Source of the DNA: Ignavibacteriota bacterium
Lineage (GTDB): Bacteria > Bacteroidota > Ignavibacteria > Palsa-1295
Direction: 5' to 3'
DNA: 64,000 nt
NCBI GenBank assembly: GCA_963787835.1
Contig: CAWBEI010000003.1
Location: 64,001 to 128,000, forward strand
Both the position numbers and the translations under genes were made by a program. Position 1 is the stretch's first letter, and each line of letters opens with the position of its first letter. Below the pieces are notes generated by a model. It had not been told where the DNA came from. It made no database searches and was given only the letters and a program-made list of their open reading frames with translations. Shown here one piece after another: positions 26,858 through 36,663 of this stretch.

Positions 26858-28024
26858 ATGAATAAAAGAAACAGAACAATACTCATCGGCGCGATCGGGG
26901 TGATCGTCGTTGGTTTTATTATCTATCGCGTCGCTACCATAAAGCCGACGGCAGGAAAAAAACAGCCAACCCCACCGGTCGTTGTAGCGAATCCGGTCCG
27001 GATGGACATCACTTATAAGCTGGAGTACGATGGCGATGTGATCCCCGTGCTTCAGGCGTATGTGTTCAGCCGCGTCTCGGGTTTGCTGCAATCGATCTAT
27101 ACGGATATGGGAAAGCGCGTCCGCCGGAATCAGCTTATCGCCTTGATCGATACGTCGGAAGCGTATCAAACGGCCATGCAATCGCAGGCGGCGTATTATA
27201 ATGCTAAGGTCACCGAAGCCCGCACGCGTGAACTATTCGGTAAACATCTTGCTGCCCAGCAGGATCTCGATAATGCCGTTGCAACGCTGCGCTCGGCCGA
27301 AGCAACGTACGATGCAAATAAGGTTCTGCTCGATTATTGCAAGATCTATTCGCCGTTCGATGGCTGGGTAACCAAACGGTGGCTCGATCCCGGTTCTGTC
27401 GTTACTTCCAACCCCATTGTTGGCAACAGCAATAGCTCGATCTTCACGATCATGGATATTGACACGGTAAAGATAGACATCAATGTGCTCGATCGGGATA
27501 TTGCTAAAATTCCGCAAGTTAAGAAGTCGATCGCTACGGTCGATGTCATTCCGGGGCGACAGTATGAGGCGTTTATTTCACGCTCGGCACAGGCTGTTAC
27601 CACCACTACGCGGACGATGCCCGTCGAGATCGTGATCCCCAATAAAGATGAGAGCATCAAGCCTGGCGAGTTCGCGCGAGTGACCTTAGTGCTTGGCGAA
27701 AATCCACAGGCACTTACCGTGCCAACCGAGGCAGTGCTTCGCGATAATGCCGGAACCTATGTATATGTAGTTCAGGATACGGTCGCTAAACGAAAAAGTG
27801 TGCAGACCGGGATCACACAAAACGGAAGGCTCGAAATCCTCTCCGGTCTCGATGATGCGGATCGTGTGATCATTATTGGTCAAACGTTCGTGCACCCGAA
27901 TGGGAAAGTCCTTATTGTCAAAAATCCAAATCCTGCAGACGCCAACCATACCTATTCCACGGACTCTTCTACCCCGCCGCCTTCCGCACCGACTCCATCC
28001 ACCGATATAACTAAGAAACAATAA
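26858..28024 (+). CDS. RND efflux periplasmic adaptor (membrane fusion protein)
   Basis: N-terminal anchor, VFSRVSG, IYSPFDGWV, TTRTMPVEI, KPGEFARV, LTVPTEAV, EILSGL. Confidence 0.93.
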   Translation: MNKRNRTILIGAIGVIVVGFIIYRVATIKPTAGKKQPTPPVVVANPVRMDITYKLEYDGDVIPVLQAYVFSRVSGLLQSIYTDMGKRVRRNQLIALIDTSEAYQTAMQSQAAYYNAKVTEARTRELFGKHLAAQQDLDNAVATLRSAEATYDANKVLLDYCKIYSPFDGWVTKRWLDPGSVVTSNPIVGNSNSSIFTIMDIDTVKIDINVLDRDIAKIPQVKKSIATVDVIPGRQYEAFISRSAQAVTTTTRTMPVEIVIPNKDESIKPGEFARVTLVLGENPQALTVPTEAVLRDNAGTYVYVVQDTVAKRKSVQTGITQNGRLEILSGLDDADRVIIIGQTFVHPNGKVLIVKNPNPADANHTYSTDSSTPPPSAPTPSTDITKKQ

Positions 28025-28094
28025 TGTAGCGCAAACTTCAATTTGCGACCCCTCCGCCACAGCGCTCCGGTCGCACACTGATGTTTGCGCTACA
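28025..28094. repeat. GTAG-type REP-like palindrome
   Basis: TGTAGCGCAAAC...GTTTGCGCTACA terminal inverted repeat with an inner TGCGACC/GGTCGCA stem. Confidence 0.75.
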
Positions 28095-28104
28095 ACTTAA
28101 TTCC

Positions 28105-31100
28105 ATGTGGCTCACACGGCTTGCGCTTAAATATCCGATCTCGACGGTGTTGATCGGTTTCACGATCCTCGTGCTCGGGATCGTATCGTTGCAGCAATTG
28201 CCGATCGACCTATTGCCGAACGTTTCGATCCCAGTCGTTACCACGGTCACATACTGGACGGGCGCCAGCCCCATGGACATGGAGCAAGCCGTCACCGCGA
28301 TCGAGGAGCGCGGTATTAGTTCCGTAAACGATGTGAACTATATTCAGTCCGCTACGCGGGAGGGTGTTGGGCAGATTCGCGTCAATTTTAATTGGGGCGC
28401 GAACGTCGATGTAGGGCTTGTCGATGTGATCCAGCGTGTGAACCGCACGGTCACCCAACTCCCGGCCGGGATCCAGCAGCCCATTTCGCTCCGCTTCGAT
28501 ATAAATAGCGTTCCCGTTATCACGCTAGCGATCTCTGGCCAGATCGATCAGCGAGATCTTTACGATCTTGCCTATAACACGATCGAGCCGCAACTCGAGC
28601 ATTTAACCGGCGTGGCTTCCGCGCAAGTAACGGGCGGACAGATTCGCGAGATCCATATCATGTTGGATCGCGACCGCATTCAGGCGCTCCAGATCCCGAT
28701 CGCAGGAATTATCAATGCTGTAAAACAGTCGAATCTTATCGTTCCATCCGGCGATCTCAAAAGCGGCGTCTTTGATTTTGCGCTGAAGACCGAAAGCCTG
28801 TTTAACGTCGTCCAGCCCATCGGCGATATTGTACTTTCAGATACGAACGGCGTGCCGGTCCGTATTCGCGATGTCGCAAAAGTTGAAGATAGTTACCAGG
28901 AGCAAACGGAAACGATCCGGGTCGATGGCAAGCCAGGTATCGTGCTCCGCGTTCAAAAGCTCGCCAGCGCAAATACGGTGGACGTCGTCGATAATATCAT
29001 CAAGGCGATCCCATCACTGACTGGAATCCCTCCCAATATTCACATTGCGTTGACTTTCGATCAATCCATTTATATCCGGCAGACCATCAATGGTCTTTCT
29101 CGCGAGGCTATGATCGGCTCGATCCTTGCCATGTTCATCATCATGATCTTCCTTCGCAATATCCGTGGAACGATCATCATTATCGTGGCCATACCAATGT
29201 CGATCCTCATCACCTTCATCATGTTCCGCTTCGGCGATGTCACACTGAACATCATGACCTTCGGCGGACTGGCGCTCGCCGTGGGACGGCTGGTGGATGA
29301 CTCCATCGTAGAGCTGGAAGCGATCAGCCGCCACTACAACGATCCCAAGCCTGGAGAAACAAAGATCCAGCAAACGCTCGCAGCCGCGAGCGAGGTCGCA
29401 ACGCCCATCTTTGTCTCCACGCTGACAACAGTCATCGTATTCCTGCCGGTCGTATTCCTGACAGGTATTGCAAAATTGCTTTTTGTACCGCTCACAGAAA
29501 CCATTGCCGTGGCATTGTTCGGCTCGTTCTTTATTTCGCGAACGATCACACCACTCCTGTGCTTAAGATTCCTGCCGCCGGAAAAGAAAATGGATCGCGG
29601 ATCGAAAAAACTTCCGGATCGAACGCGAGTCTATTTTCACGATCTGATCGACCGCGTCGATCACGGATATGCAACGATGCTGGAATGGGCGCTGAGGCAT
29701 CGTAAGCTTATTATCATCACCATTCTTTGTATCGCAGGGGCATCGGTATTTCTGTTCAAATTCATTGGAACGGAGTTTTTCCCCGATCAGGATGAAAGCG
29801 TGTTTACCGTAACGATAAAAGATCCCGTAGGAACGCGCATCGAAGAAACATCGAAAACGGTCGATGCCATAGAAAGCGTTCTGCGGAAAAACATCCCAGA
29901 AATAAATGCTATGGTTACGGATGTGGGCGTTCCATCGGCAAAAAGCGGAAATTTCTTCGGAAGGAATACCGGCGAACATGCCGCGAATATTCAGGTTTCG
30001 CTGGTACCACCCGACAAGCGGAAGCGGACTATTTTCCAGGTCATGGACGCGATCCGGCCCAAGATCAATAATTACCTCGGCGCGAACGTCATCGTCAGTG
30101 CAAGCGGATTCCTGCGGTTCTTACTCAATTTTGGTTCCTTAGCTCCGATCGACATTGAAATTCGCGGCTTCGATCTCGATAAGGGAACCGCGCTGGCGAA
30201 CCAGGTGCTGGCAGCCGTAAAATCTACTCCAGGAGCAGTAAATGCTGTTTCCTCCCGTGAGGACAATCTTCCCGGTTTGCGAGTCGATATTGACAGGCAA
30301 AAAGCCGGAATTCTGGGCATCACGGTGTCCCAGATATCAAACACGATCAGCGCGGCGATCGATGGAAATGTTGCTTCCCTGTTTAGCGACCCCGTGAATG
30401 GGAACCAGTATAATATTTTGGTTCGCTTTTCCGAGCAATATCGTTCCTCTCCGGACGATCTACGCAAATTACTTCTTGTTACGCCTTCCGGCACGCTGGT
30501 GCAATTAGGGGAAATTGCGAATATCACGCAGGATGCCTCACCCGTCGAGATCGACCGTAAATATCAACAGCGTATTATTGATGTTACTGCCGAAGCAAGC
30601 GGACGCGACCTGGGAAGCGTGGCATCGGACATTCAGGCCAAGCTGGATAAGATGGTTCTGCCTCCAGGCTTCGAAATGAAACTTGGTGGGAACGTGGAGC
30701 AACAGCAGCAAACATTCAGCGGGCTTACGTTAGCATTTGCTTTGGCGATTCTGCTTGTGTATGTCGTGATGGCATCCCAATTCCAATCGCTGATGGATCC
30801 GTTCATCATCATGTTCACCGTGCCATTCGGTGTCGTTGGGGTACTTTGGGCATTGTTTCTGACTGGGACCACGCTTTCCGTTACCTCATTCCAAGGAATT
30901 ATTGTAATGGTAGGGGTCGTCGTTTCCAACGGCATCTTGCTGGTAGATTATACCAACCATTTACGCATGAAGGGCGAGGATCTGCACCGCGCCGTCATCG
31001 ATGCAAGCCGAACGCGTCTGAAGCCGATCCTTATGACTTCCATCGCAACCGTGCTCGGGCTGATCCCAATGGCAATGGGACTCGGTGGTGAAAAGACACA

Positions 31101-31248
31101 GGCTCCGCTCGCGATCGCCGTCATTGGCGGACTTTCACTTTCGACATTGCTGACGCTCTTCTTTGTGCCAACGCTTTATACTATTTTTGAAGAACGATTC
31201 CGCAAAAAGATCGAAACGCCAGAAGAAAGGCTCCATGAACATGTCTGA
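28105..31248 (+). CDS. RND efflux transporter (AcrB/MdtB-like), paralog 1
   Basis: 12-TM RND architecture, GRLVDDSIV, NGILLVD, RLKPILMT, VIGGL, FVPTLY. Start ATG 28105 chosen by alignment to paralog 2. Confidence 0.95.
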   Translation: MWLTRLALKYPISTVLIGFTILVLGIVSLQQLPIDLLPNVSIPVVTTVTYWTGASPMDMEQAVTAIEERGISSVNDVNYIQSATREGVGQIRVNFNWGANVDVGLVDVIQRVNRTVTQLPAGIQQPISLRFDINSVPVITLAISGQIDQRDLYDLAYNTIEPQLEHLTGVASAQVTGGQIREIHIMLDRDRIQALQIPIAGIINAVKQSNLIVPSGDLKSGVFDFALKTESLFNVVQPIGDIVLSDTNGVPVRIRDVAKVEDSYQEQTETIRVDGKPGIVLRVQKLASANTVDVVDNIIKAIPSLTGIPPNIHIALTFDQSIYIRQTINGLSREAMIGSILAMFIIMIFLRNIRGTIIIIVAIPMSILITFIMFRFGDVTLNIMTFGGLALAVGRLVDDSIVELEAISRHYNDPKPGETKIQQTLAAASEVATPIFVSTLTTVIVFLPVVFLTGIAKLLFVPLTETIAVALFGSFFISRTITPLLCLRFLPPEKKMDRGSKKLPDRTRVYFHDLIDRVDHGYATMLEWALRHRKLIIITILCIAGASVFLFKFIGTEFFPDQDESVFTVTIKDPVGTRIEETSKTVDAIESVLRKNIPEINAMVTDVGVPSAKSGNFFGRNTGEHAANIQVSLVPPDKRKRTIFQVMDAIRPKINNYLGANVIVSASGFLRFLLNFGSLAPIDIEIRGFDLDKGTALANQVLAAVKSTPGAVNAVSSREDNLPGLRVDIDRQKAGILGITVSQISNTISAAIDGNVASLFSDPVNGNQYNILVRFSEQYRSSPDDLRKLLLVTPSGTLVQLGEIANITQDASPVEIDRKYQQRIIDVTAEASGRDLGSVASDIQAKLDKMVLPPGFEMKLGGNVEQQQQTFSGLTLAFALAILLVYVVMASQFQSLMDPFIIMFTVPFGVVGVLWALFLTGTTLSVTSFQGIIVMVGVVVSNGILLVDYTNHLRMKGEDLHRAVIDASRTRLKPILMTSIATVLGLIPMAMGLGGEKTQAPLAIAVIGGLSLSTLLTLFFVPTLYTIFEERFRKKIETPEERLHEHV

Positions 31249-31358
31249 ACTTGGATGTATGGGATTTTTTAAGATCTTTAGGATCTGGGAACCTGAAATG
31301 AAATTGCAAAAAGGGCTTCGGACAACATTGGTGAATTATGAAGGATCCGTTCTTGAAC

Positions 31359-31395
31359 TTCATCATTCATAATTCATCATTCATCATTTTTCATT
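31359..31395. repeat. Heptamer tandem repeat (TTCATCA/TTCATAA) abutting a start codon
   Basis: TTCATCATTCATAATTCATCATTCATCATTTTTCATT-ATG. Similar tracts at 44413-44447, 56897-56921 and a variant at 12716-12746. Confidence 0.75.
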
Positions 31396-34300
31396 ATGTG
31401 GCTTACACGACTCGCTCTCAAATATCCGATCTCGACGGTGCTGATCGGTTTCACGATCCTTGTGCTCGGGATCGTGTCGCTGCAACAATTACCGATCGAC
31501 TTACTGCCGAACGTGTCCATCCCGGTGGTCACCACGGTAACGTATTGGACTGGCGCAAGCCCGATGGACATGGAGCAAGCGGTCACAGCGATTGAAGAAC
31601 GAAGTGTCAGTTCAGTGAATGATGTCGATTATATTCAATCGCAAACTCGGGAGGGTGTCGGGCAGATCAAGATCAATTTCAATTGGGGAGCGAATGTAGA
31701 TGTCGGCCTTGTCGATGTGATCCAGCGGTTGGATCGTGCAATGATCCAGCTTCCAACCGGAGTGCAGCAGCCAATTTCTCTCCGGTTTGATATTACGAGC
31801 CTTCCCGTGATTACGCTCGCCGTCTCCGGTAATATGGATGAGCGCGATCTCTACGATCTGGCCTATAATACGATCGAACCGCAGATTGAACATTTGAATG
31901 GTGTGGCATCCGCCCAGGTCACGGGTGGCCGTATTCGCGAGATCCATATCATGCTGGATCGGGACCGAATTCAGGCACTCGGACTTCCGATCACCAGCGT
32001 CATTACTGCGGTTCAAAATTCGAATCTCATCGTTCCATCCGGCGACCTTAAGAGTGGGGTGTTCGATTATTCGCTCAATACCAAGAGCCTTTTCAATGTT
32101 GTGAAGCCTATCGGCGATATAGTTCTTTCTGATACCGGCGGAGTGCCGGTTCGCGTGAGAGACGTCGCCCGCGTGGAAGACAGCTATCAGGAAGAAACGG
32201 AAACCATTCGCGTCGATGGAAAACCCGGGCTTATTTTGAGCGTTCAAAAGCTTGCAAGTTCCAATAGTGTCGAGGTCGTAGATAATATTATCCGTTCCAT
32301 TCCAAAATTGACCGGAGTTCCTCCCGATGTCCATATTGCGTTAACCTTCGACCAATCGGTGTATATTCGACAGACCATCAATGGTCTTTCGCGCGAGGCC
32401 ATGATCGGCTCCATCCTTGCCATGTTCATCATTATGATCTTCCTGCGAAATATCCGAGGAACGATCATCATCATTGTGGCCATTCCGATGTCCATCCTCA
32501 TTACCTTCATCATGTTCCGTTTTGGCGATGTGACGCTAAACATCATGACCTTTGGCGGCCTGGCGCTCGCCGTGGGGAGGTTGGTGGATGACTCGATAGT
32601 GGAGCTCGAAGCGATCAGCCGCCACTACAACAATCCAAAACCTGGAGAAACGAAGATCGAGCAAACGCTTGCTGCGGCGAGCGAAGTCGCTACGCCCATT
32701 TTCGTCTCCACGCTAACGACGGTTATTGTATTCCTGCCGGTCGTATTCTTGACAGGTATTGCAAAACTTCTGTTTATTCCGCTTACGCTTACTATTGCAG
32801 TCGCGTTGTTTGGCTCGTTTTTCATTTCGCGGACGATCACCCCATTGTTATGCTTGAGGTTCCTGCCGCCAGAAAAGGAGATGAATCGCAAATCGAGAAA
32901 ACTTCCCGACCGAACACGAGTCTTTTTCCACGATATGATCGACCGGATCGATCATGGATATGCTAAGATGCTCGAATGGGCGCTCGATCACCGGAAACTG
33001 ATCATCATTAGCATTCTTGCGATCGCGGGGGCATCGGTATTCCTGTTCAAATTTATCGGAACCGAATTTTTCCCCGATCAGGACGAAAGCGTGTTTACCG
33101 TAACGGTAAAAGACCCGGTGGGAACGCGAATTGAAGAAACGACCAAGACTGTTCAAGCCATCGAAGATCTTATTCGAAAGAATGTTCCAGAAATGACGGC
33201 GATGGTGTCCGACATCGGAGTGCCTCCTGCAAAGAGCGGCAATTTCTTCGGCGATAATACCGGCGAGCATGCTGCCAATATCCAGGTCTCGCTCTCACCA
33301 CCGGATCAGCGTGGCAGAAATATTTTTCAGATCATGGACTCTATCCGGCCCAAGATCAATAATTATCTTGGCGCATCCGTCATTGTGAGCCCCAGCGGGT
33401 TTCTGCGCTATTTATTAAATTTCGGTTCGGCTGCTCCGATCGATATTGAAGTGCGCGGGTTCGATCTCGAGAAAGGTACAGCGCTGGCAAATCAAGTGCT
33501 TGCAGCCGTGAGATCCACACCCGGTGCTGTCAATGCCGTCTCCTCTCGCGAGGATAATTTGCCGGAGATCCGGGTGAATATCGACCGGCAAAAGGCCGGC
33601 ATTTTGGGAATCAATGTGGCACAGATCGCGAACACGATCAGTTCCGCGATCGATGGAAATGTCGCCTCACTCTACAGCGACCCCGTCAATGGCAATCAGT
33701 ATAACATGCTGGTGCGCTATTCTGAAGAATATCGATCCTCCATTGACGACCTCCGTAAAATTCCTCTCAACACCCCCACGGGCAGTCTTGTACTCTTAGG
33801 CGAAATTGCGGATATCACACAGGATGCATCGCCGGTTGAGATCGACCGCAAATACCAGCAACGCATCATTGACGTGACCGCAGAAGTCAGCGGACGCGAC
33901 CTTGGAAGCGTGGCAAAGGATATTCAAACAAAGCTCGACAACATGTCTCTGCCGCCTGGATTCGAAGTGAAGCTCGGTGGGAATGTCGAGCAACAGCAAC
34001 AGACCTTCAGCGGCCTGCTCATGGCCTTTGCACTAGCGATCCTGCTCGTCTATGTCGTGATGGCGTCGCAATTTCAATCGTTCATCGATCCCTTGATTAT
34101 CATGTTCACGGTTCCCTTCGGAATTGTCGGTGTAATGTGGGCACTGTTCCTGACCGGCACGACGCTTTCGGTAACGTCGTTTCAGGGAATTATCGTCATG
34201 GTTGGTATCGTCGTCTCGAATGGCATTTTACTTGTCGATTATACCAACCATTTGCGAATGAAAGGCGAATCCTTACATCGTGCCGTTATTGATGGCGGTC

Positions 34301-34566
34301 GCACCCGGCTCAAACCGATCCTCATGACTTCCATTGCAACTGTACTTGGGCTCATCCCAATGGCCATGGGTCTTGGCGGCGAAAAAACCCAGGCTCCGCT
34401 TGCAATTGCCGTCATTGGAGGACTTTCCCTTTCCACACTCCTGACACTCTTCTTCGTGCCAACACTTTATACGATCTTTGAAGATCGCTTCCGCAAGAAG
34501 ATCGAAACGCCGGAGGAACGGTTACAGGAAGGCGAAGCGGCTGCTCCTGCTGCCAAACCTGCTTAA
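31396..34566 (+). CDS. RND efflux transporter, paralog 2
   Basis: Same motifs as paralog 1. The first 69 aa are identical despite many synonymous DNA differences. Confidence 0.95.
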   Translation: MWLTRLALKYPISTVLIGFTILVLGIVSLQQLPIDLLPNVSIPVVTTVTYWTGASPMDMEQAVTAIEERSVSSVNDVDYIQSQTREGVGQIKINFNWGANVDVGLVDVIQRLDRAMIQLPTGVQQPISLRFDITSLPVITLAVSGNMDERDLYDLAYNTIEPQIEHLNGVASAQVTGGRIREIHIMLDRDRIQALGLPITSVITAVQNSNLIVPSGDLKSGVFDYSLNTKSLFNVVKPIGDIVLSDTGGVPVRVRDVARVEDSYQEETETIRVDGKPGLILSVQKLASSNSVEVVDNIIRSIPKLTGVPPDVHIALTFDQSVYIRQTINGLSREAMIGSILAMFIIMIFLRNIRGTIIIIVAIPMSILITFIMFRFGDVTLNIMTFGGLALAVGRLVDDSIVELEAISRHYNNPKPGETKIEQTLAAASEVATPIFVSTLTTVIVFLPVVFLTGIAKLLFIPLTLTIAVALFGSFFISRTITPLLCLRFLPPEKEMNRKSRKLPDRTRVFFHDMIDRIDHGYAKMLEWALDHRKLIIISILAIAGASVFLFKFIGTEFFPDQDESVFTVTVKDPVGTRIEETTKTVQAIEDLIRKNVPEMTAMVSDIGVPPAKSGNFFGDNTGEHAANIQVSLSPPDQRGRNIFQIMDSIRPKINNYLGASVIVSPSGFLRYLLNFGSAAPIDIEVRGFDLEKGTALANQVLAAVRSTPGAVNAVSSREDNLPEIRVNIDRQKAGILGINVAQIANTISSAIDGNVASLYSDPVNGNQYNMLVRYSEEYRSSIDDLRKIPLNTPTGSLVLLGEIADITQDASPVEIDRKYQQRIIDVTAEVSGRDLGSVAKDIQTKLDNMSLPPGFEVKLGGNVEQQQQTFSGLLMAFALAILLVYVVMASQFQSFIDPLIIMFTVPFGIVGVMWALFLTGTTLSVTSFQGIIVMVGIVVSNGILLVDYTNHLRMKGESLHRAVIDGGRTRLKPILMTSIATVLGLIPMAMGLGGEKTQAPLAIAVIGGLSLSTLLTLFFVPTLYTIFEDRFRKKIETPEERLQEGEAAAPAAKPA

Positions 34567-36635
34567 GGTTCGACGATCGAAAGCTTCCCAACAACCTGAA
34601 CAACTCCAGATGAAGACGTTTCTTTAACCTTAAAGAACTCGACTCCGGCCAATGAAGGAGTGAAATGCAATTCGTGGCCAGAGGAAATACTTCCATCCCC
34701 GATTGGCGATCCGATGATACGACCAAGCTCGTCATAAAAGGTGAGCGCGACAGAGCACGCTTCACCACAATCGATAAATAGGGCATCCTTGCGTCCAACA
34801 CTAGCGGGTTCGTTTACAAATCGAATGGAACTGTATTGCGGCGTTTGTTCTGATACACCACTTTTGACATTTTGAACAGAATCCGTGATGCTATGTAGGC
34901 TTCCCGATTGTACCGTTACTTCATAGTCTTGGCTTTGTACTGCATTGGTATCGAGAAAACTCAGTGTGTCCCCATTTTGCAATGCAAGCTGGGAACCATC
35001 CTTTGCAACATCGAACTGGTAGCCGCTTGGCAATGGATAACCAAAAGTTGTTTCCGGTGAGTATTTCCATGTTAGAACTGTCGCAATCTTGCCGTTGACC
35101 GTTGTGTCATGCACTGCAAGATTCGTTACTGGCATTGGAGCATACGGCCGTACTACCGACATGTAAATATCCTGATCAAAACCGGAGCGAGTGTCCGTCC
35201 AGGCAGGATACCAAACACTATCCAATGCATCGAGACAGATATAATCTCCAAAAAAATAAAGGTTGCCGTAAACAACATCGCGATGAATTCGCGGATCGAA
35301 TGATGTGTTTGTGATTCGCCGCGCGGTGAAAGTCTCGCCACCGTCAGTGGAAAGTGTAAGATAATCATCAACCAGAATATTCGAATCGGGATCGTTCCTG
35401 CTGTCGTAAAACGTCACCCCAACATTACCATTGCTTTGATCGACTGCGATCCATGGAAGGAATTTATCCGTTTTTACCGAACTGCTATCTTCATCTATGA
35501 AACCTGGCGGAGTCCAAGTCATTCCACTATCTTTGCTTATGGAAAGGAACACATGGGCATTGCTATCGGCATCCCTTCCGCACCAGGTCACATAAATCCA
35601 ACCGCGACGATTAGCGAGAACAATTTCACGAGAAAGTTCACAGTTAACTGCGATAGACGGAAAACTATTCGTTTCCACGCTATCTTTTATAGCAGGATGG
35701 CCATCAAAATTGTCCGGAAGTTCCGGACCTAAGTCGCGATACGCTGATACTTCAACTTGAGGAGTAAAACTCACCCCGCCATCCAGTGAGTGCGCAACAA
35801 GAATTTTCCTTGAAGTCGAATCCCGATCTTCGTATGTGATGTAAAGCTCCCCATTTGGTCCGCAGGCCGGTACTGGGCCCTGAAATAATCCTGTGTCTGG
35901 AGAGACTTGCACAGGCAAGGACCAACTGGAACCATGATCGGTGGAATGGGACTCGACTATTGTAGAGTATGGGTATGCGATACTAACCCAAACGATATAC
36001 ACTCTTCCAAAAAAAATGCTTAACGAATCGCGATCGACGGTAATGTAATCACGATCGACTTGAGAAGCATCGAGTTGATTGGTGTCTCCACCCACGTACA
36101 CAGGCGATTGCCACGATTGACCAATGTCCGTAGATCTATAGCACGCCTCTTCGTTTGGTCCCGGATCTTGGAGCAAAACATTCGAAAAAAAAAGTGTTCC
36201 TGTTTGATCGAAAACGACACCCGGGTCTGTGGCCTCATAAAATTGTTGTGTACCATTGTCGAAGAAGCCGTGTGGGAGCGAATCATTATCCCATGTGAGT
36301 CCTCCATTTTTTGTGGTACAGTACCATAGCACATCGTAACTACGGTCATCAACCTCACCGATGGCGATCGCTAACGGATCGAGAGGGTCAACAGAGAGAG
36401 ATGGCTCATTCTGGTCATTGAAGGGATCGTTCGTAACATTAATGTTCGGAAAGATGGAGGCAGCATTAGAATCCGACGAACTCTGAACGGCCATTGCGCC
36501 AAAGGATGGCATCGACAAACCCAACCCCGGACGTGCTCTCAGAGATGGGAACCGCAACTGCGCCCGCAACTCATCCCCTCGCGCAGCGAACAACGCGAGA
36601 AGAACGAAAAGGGTGCGTAGAGTAAAAGTCTTCAT
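34563..36635 (-). CDS. Secreted BNR/Asp-box beta-propeller (sialidase-like) protein with T9SS-like C-terminus
   Basis: Signal peptide, NEPS, repeated Asp-boxes (STDIGQSW, STDHGSSW, SLDGGVSF, SKDSGMTW, STDGGETF), FFGDY, FYDELGR. Confidence 0.82.
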   Translation of the reverse strand: MKTFTLRTLFVLLALFAARGDELRAQLRFPSLRARPGLGLSMPSFGAMAVQSSSDSNAASIFPNINVTNDPFNDQNEPSLSVDPLDPLAIAIGEVDDRSYDVLWYCTTKNGGLTWDNDSLPHGFFDNGTQQFYEATDPGVVFDQTGTLFFSNVLLQDPGPNEEACYRSTDIGQSWQSPVYVGGDTNQLDASQVDRDYITVDRDSLSIFFGRVYIVWVSIAYPYSTIVESHSTDHGSSWSLPVQVSPDTGLFQGPVPACGPNGELYITYEDRDSTSRKILVAHSLDGGVSFTPQVEVSAYRDLGPELPDNFDGHPAIKDSVETNSFPSIAVNCELSREIVLANRRGWIYVTWCGRDADSNAHVFLSISKDSGMTWTPPGFIDEDSSSVKTDKFLPWIAVDQSNGNVGVTFYDSRNDPDSNILVDDYLTLSTDGGETFTARRITNTSFDPRIHRDVVYGNLYFFGDYICLDALDSVWYPAWTDTRSGFDQDIYMSVVRPYAPMPVTNLAVHDTTVNGKIATVLTWKYSPETTFGYPLPSGYQFDVAKDGSQLALQNGDTLSFLDTNAVQSQDYEVTVQSGSLHSITDSVQNVKSGVSEQTPQYSSIRFVNEPASVGRKDALFIDCGEACSVALTFYDELGRIIGSPIGDGSISSGHELHFTPSLAGVEFFKVKETSSSGVVQVVGKLSIVEP

Positions 36636-36663
36636 AATGACTCAGTGTACTTCGAATCACTTC

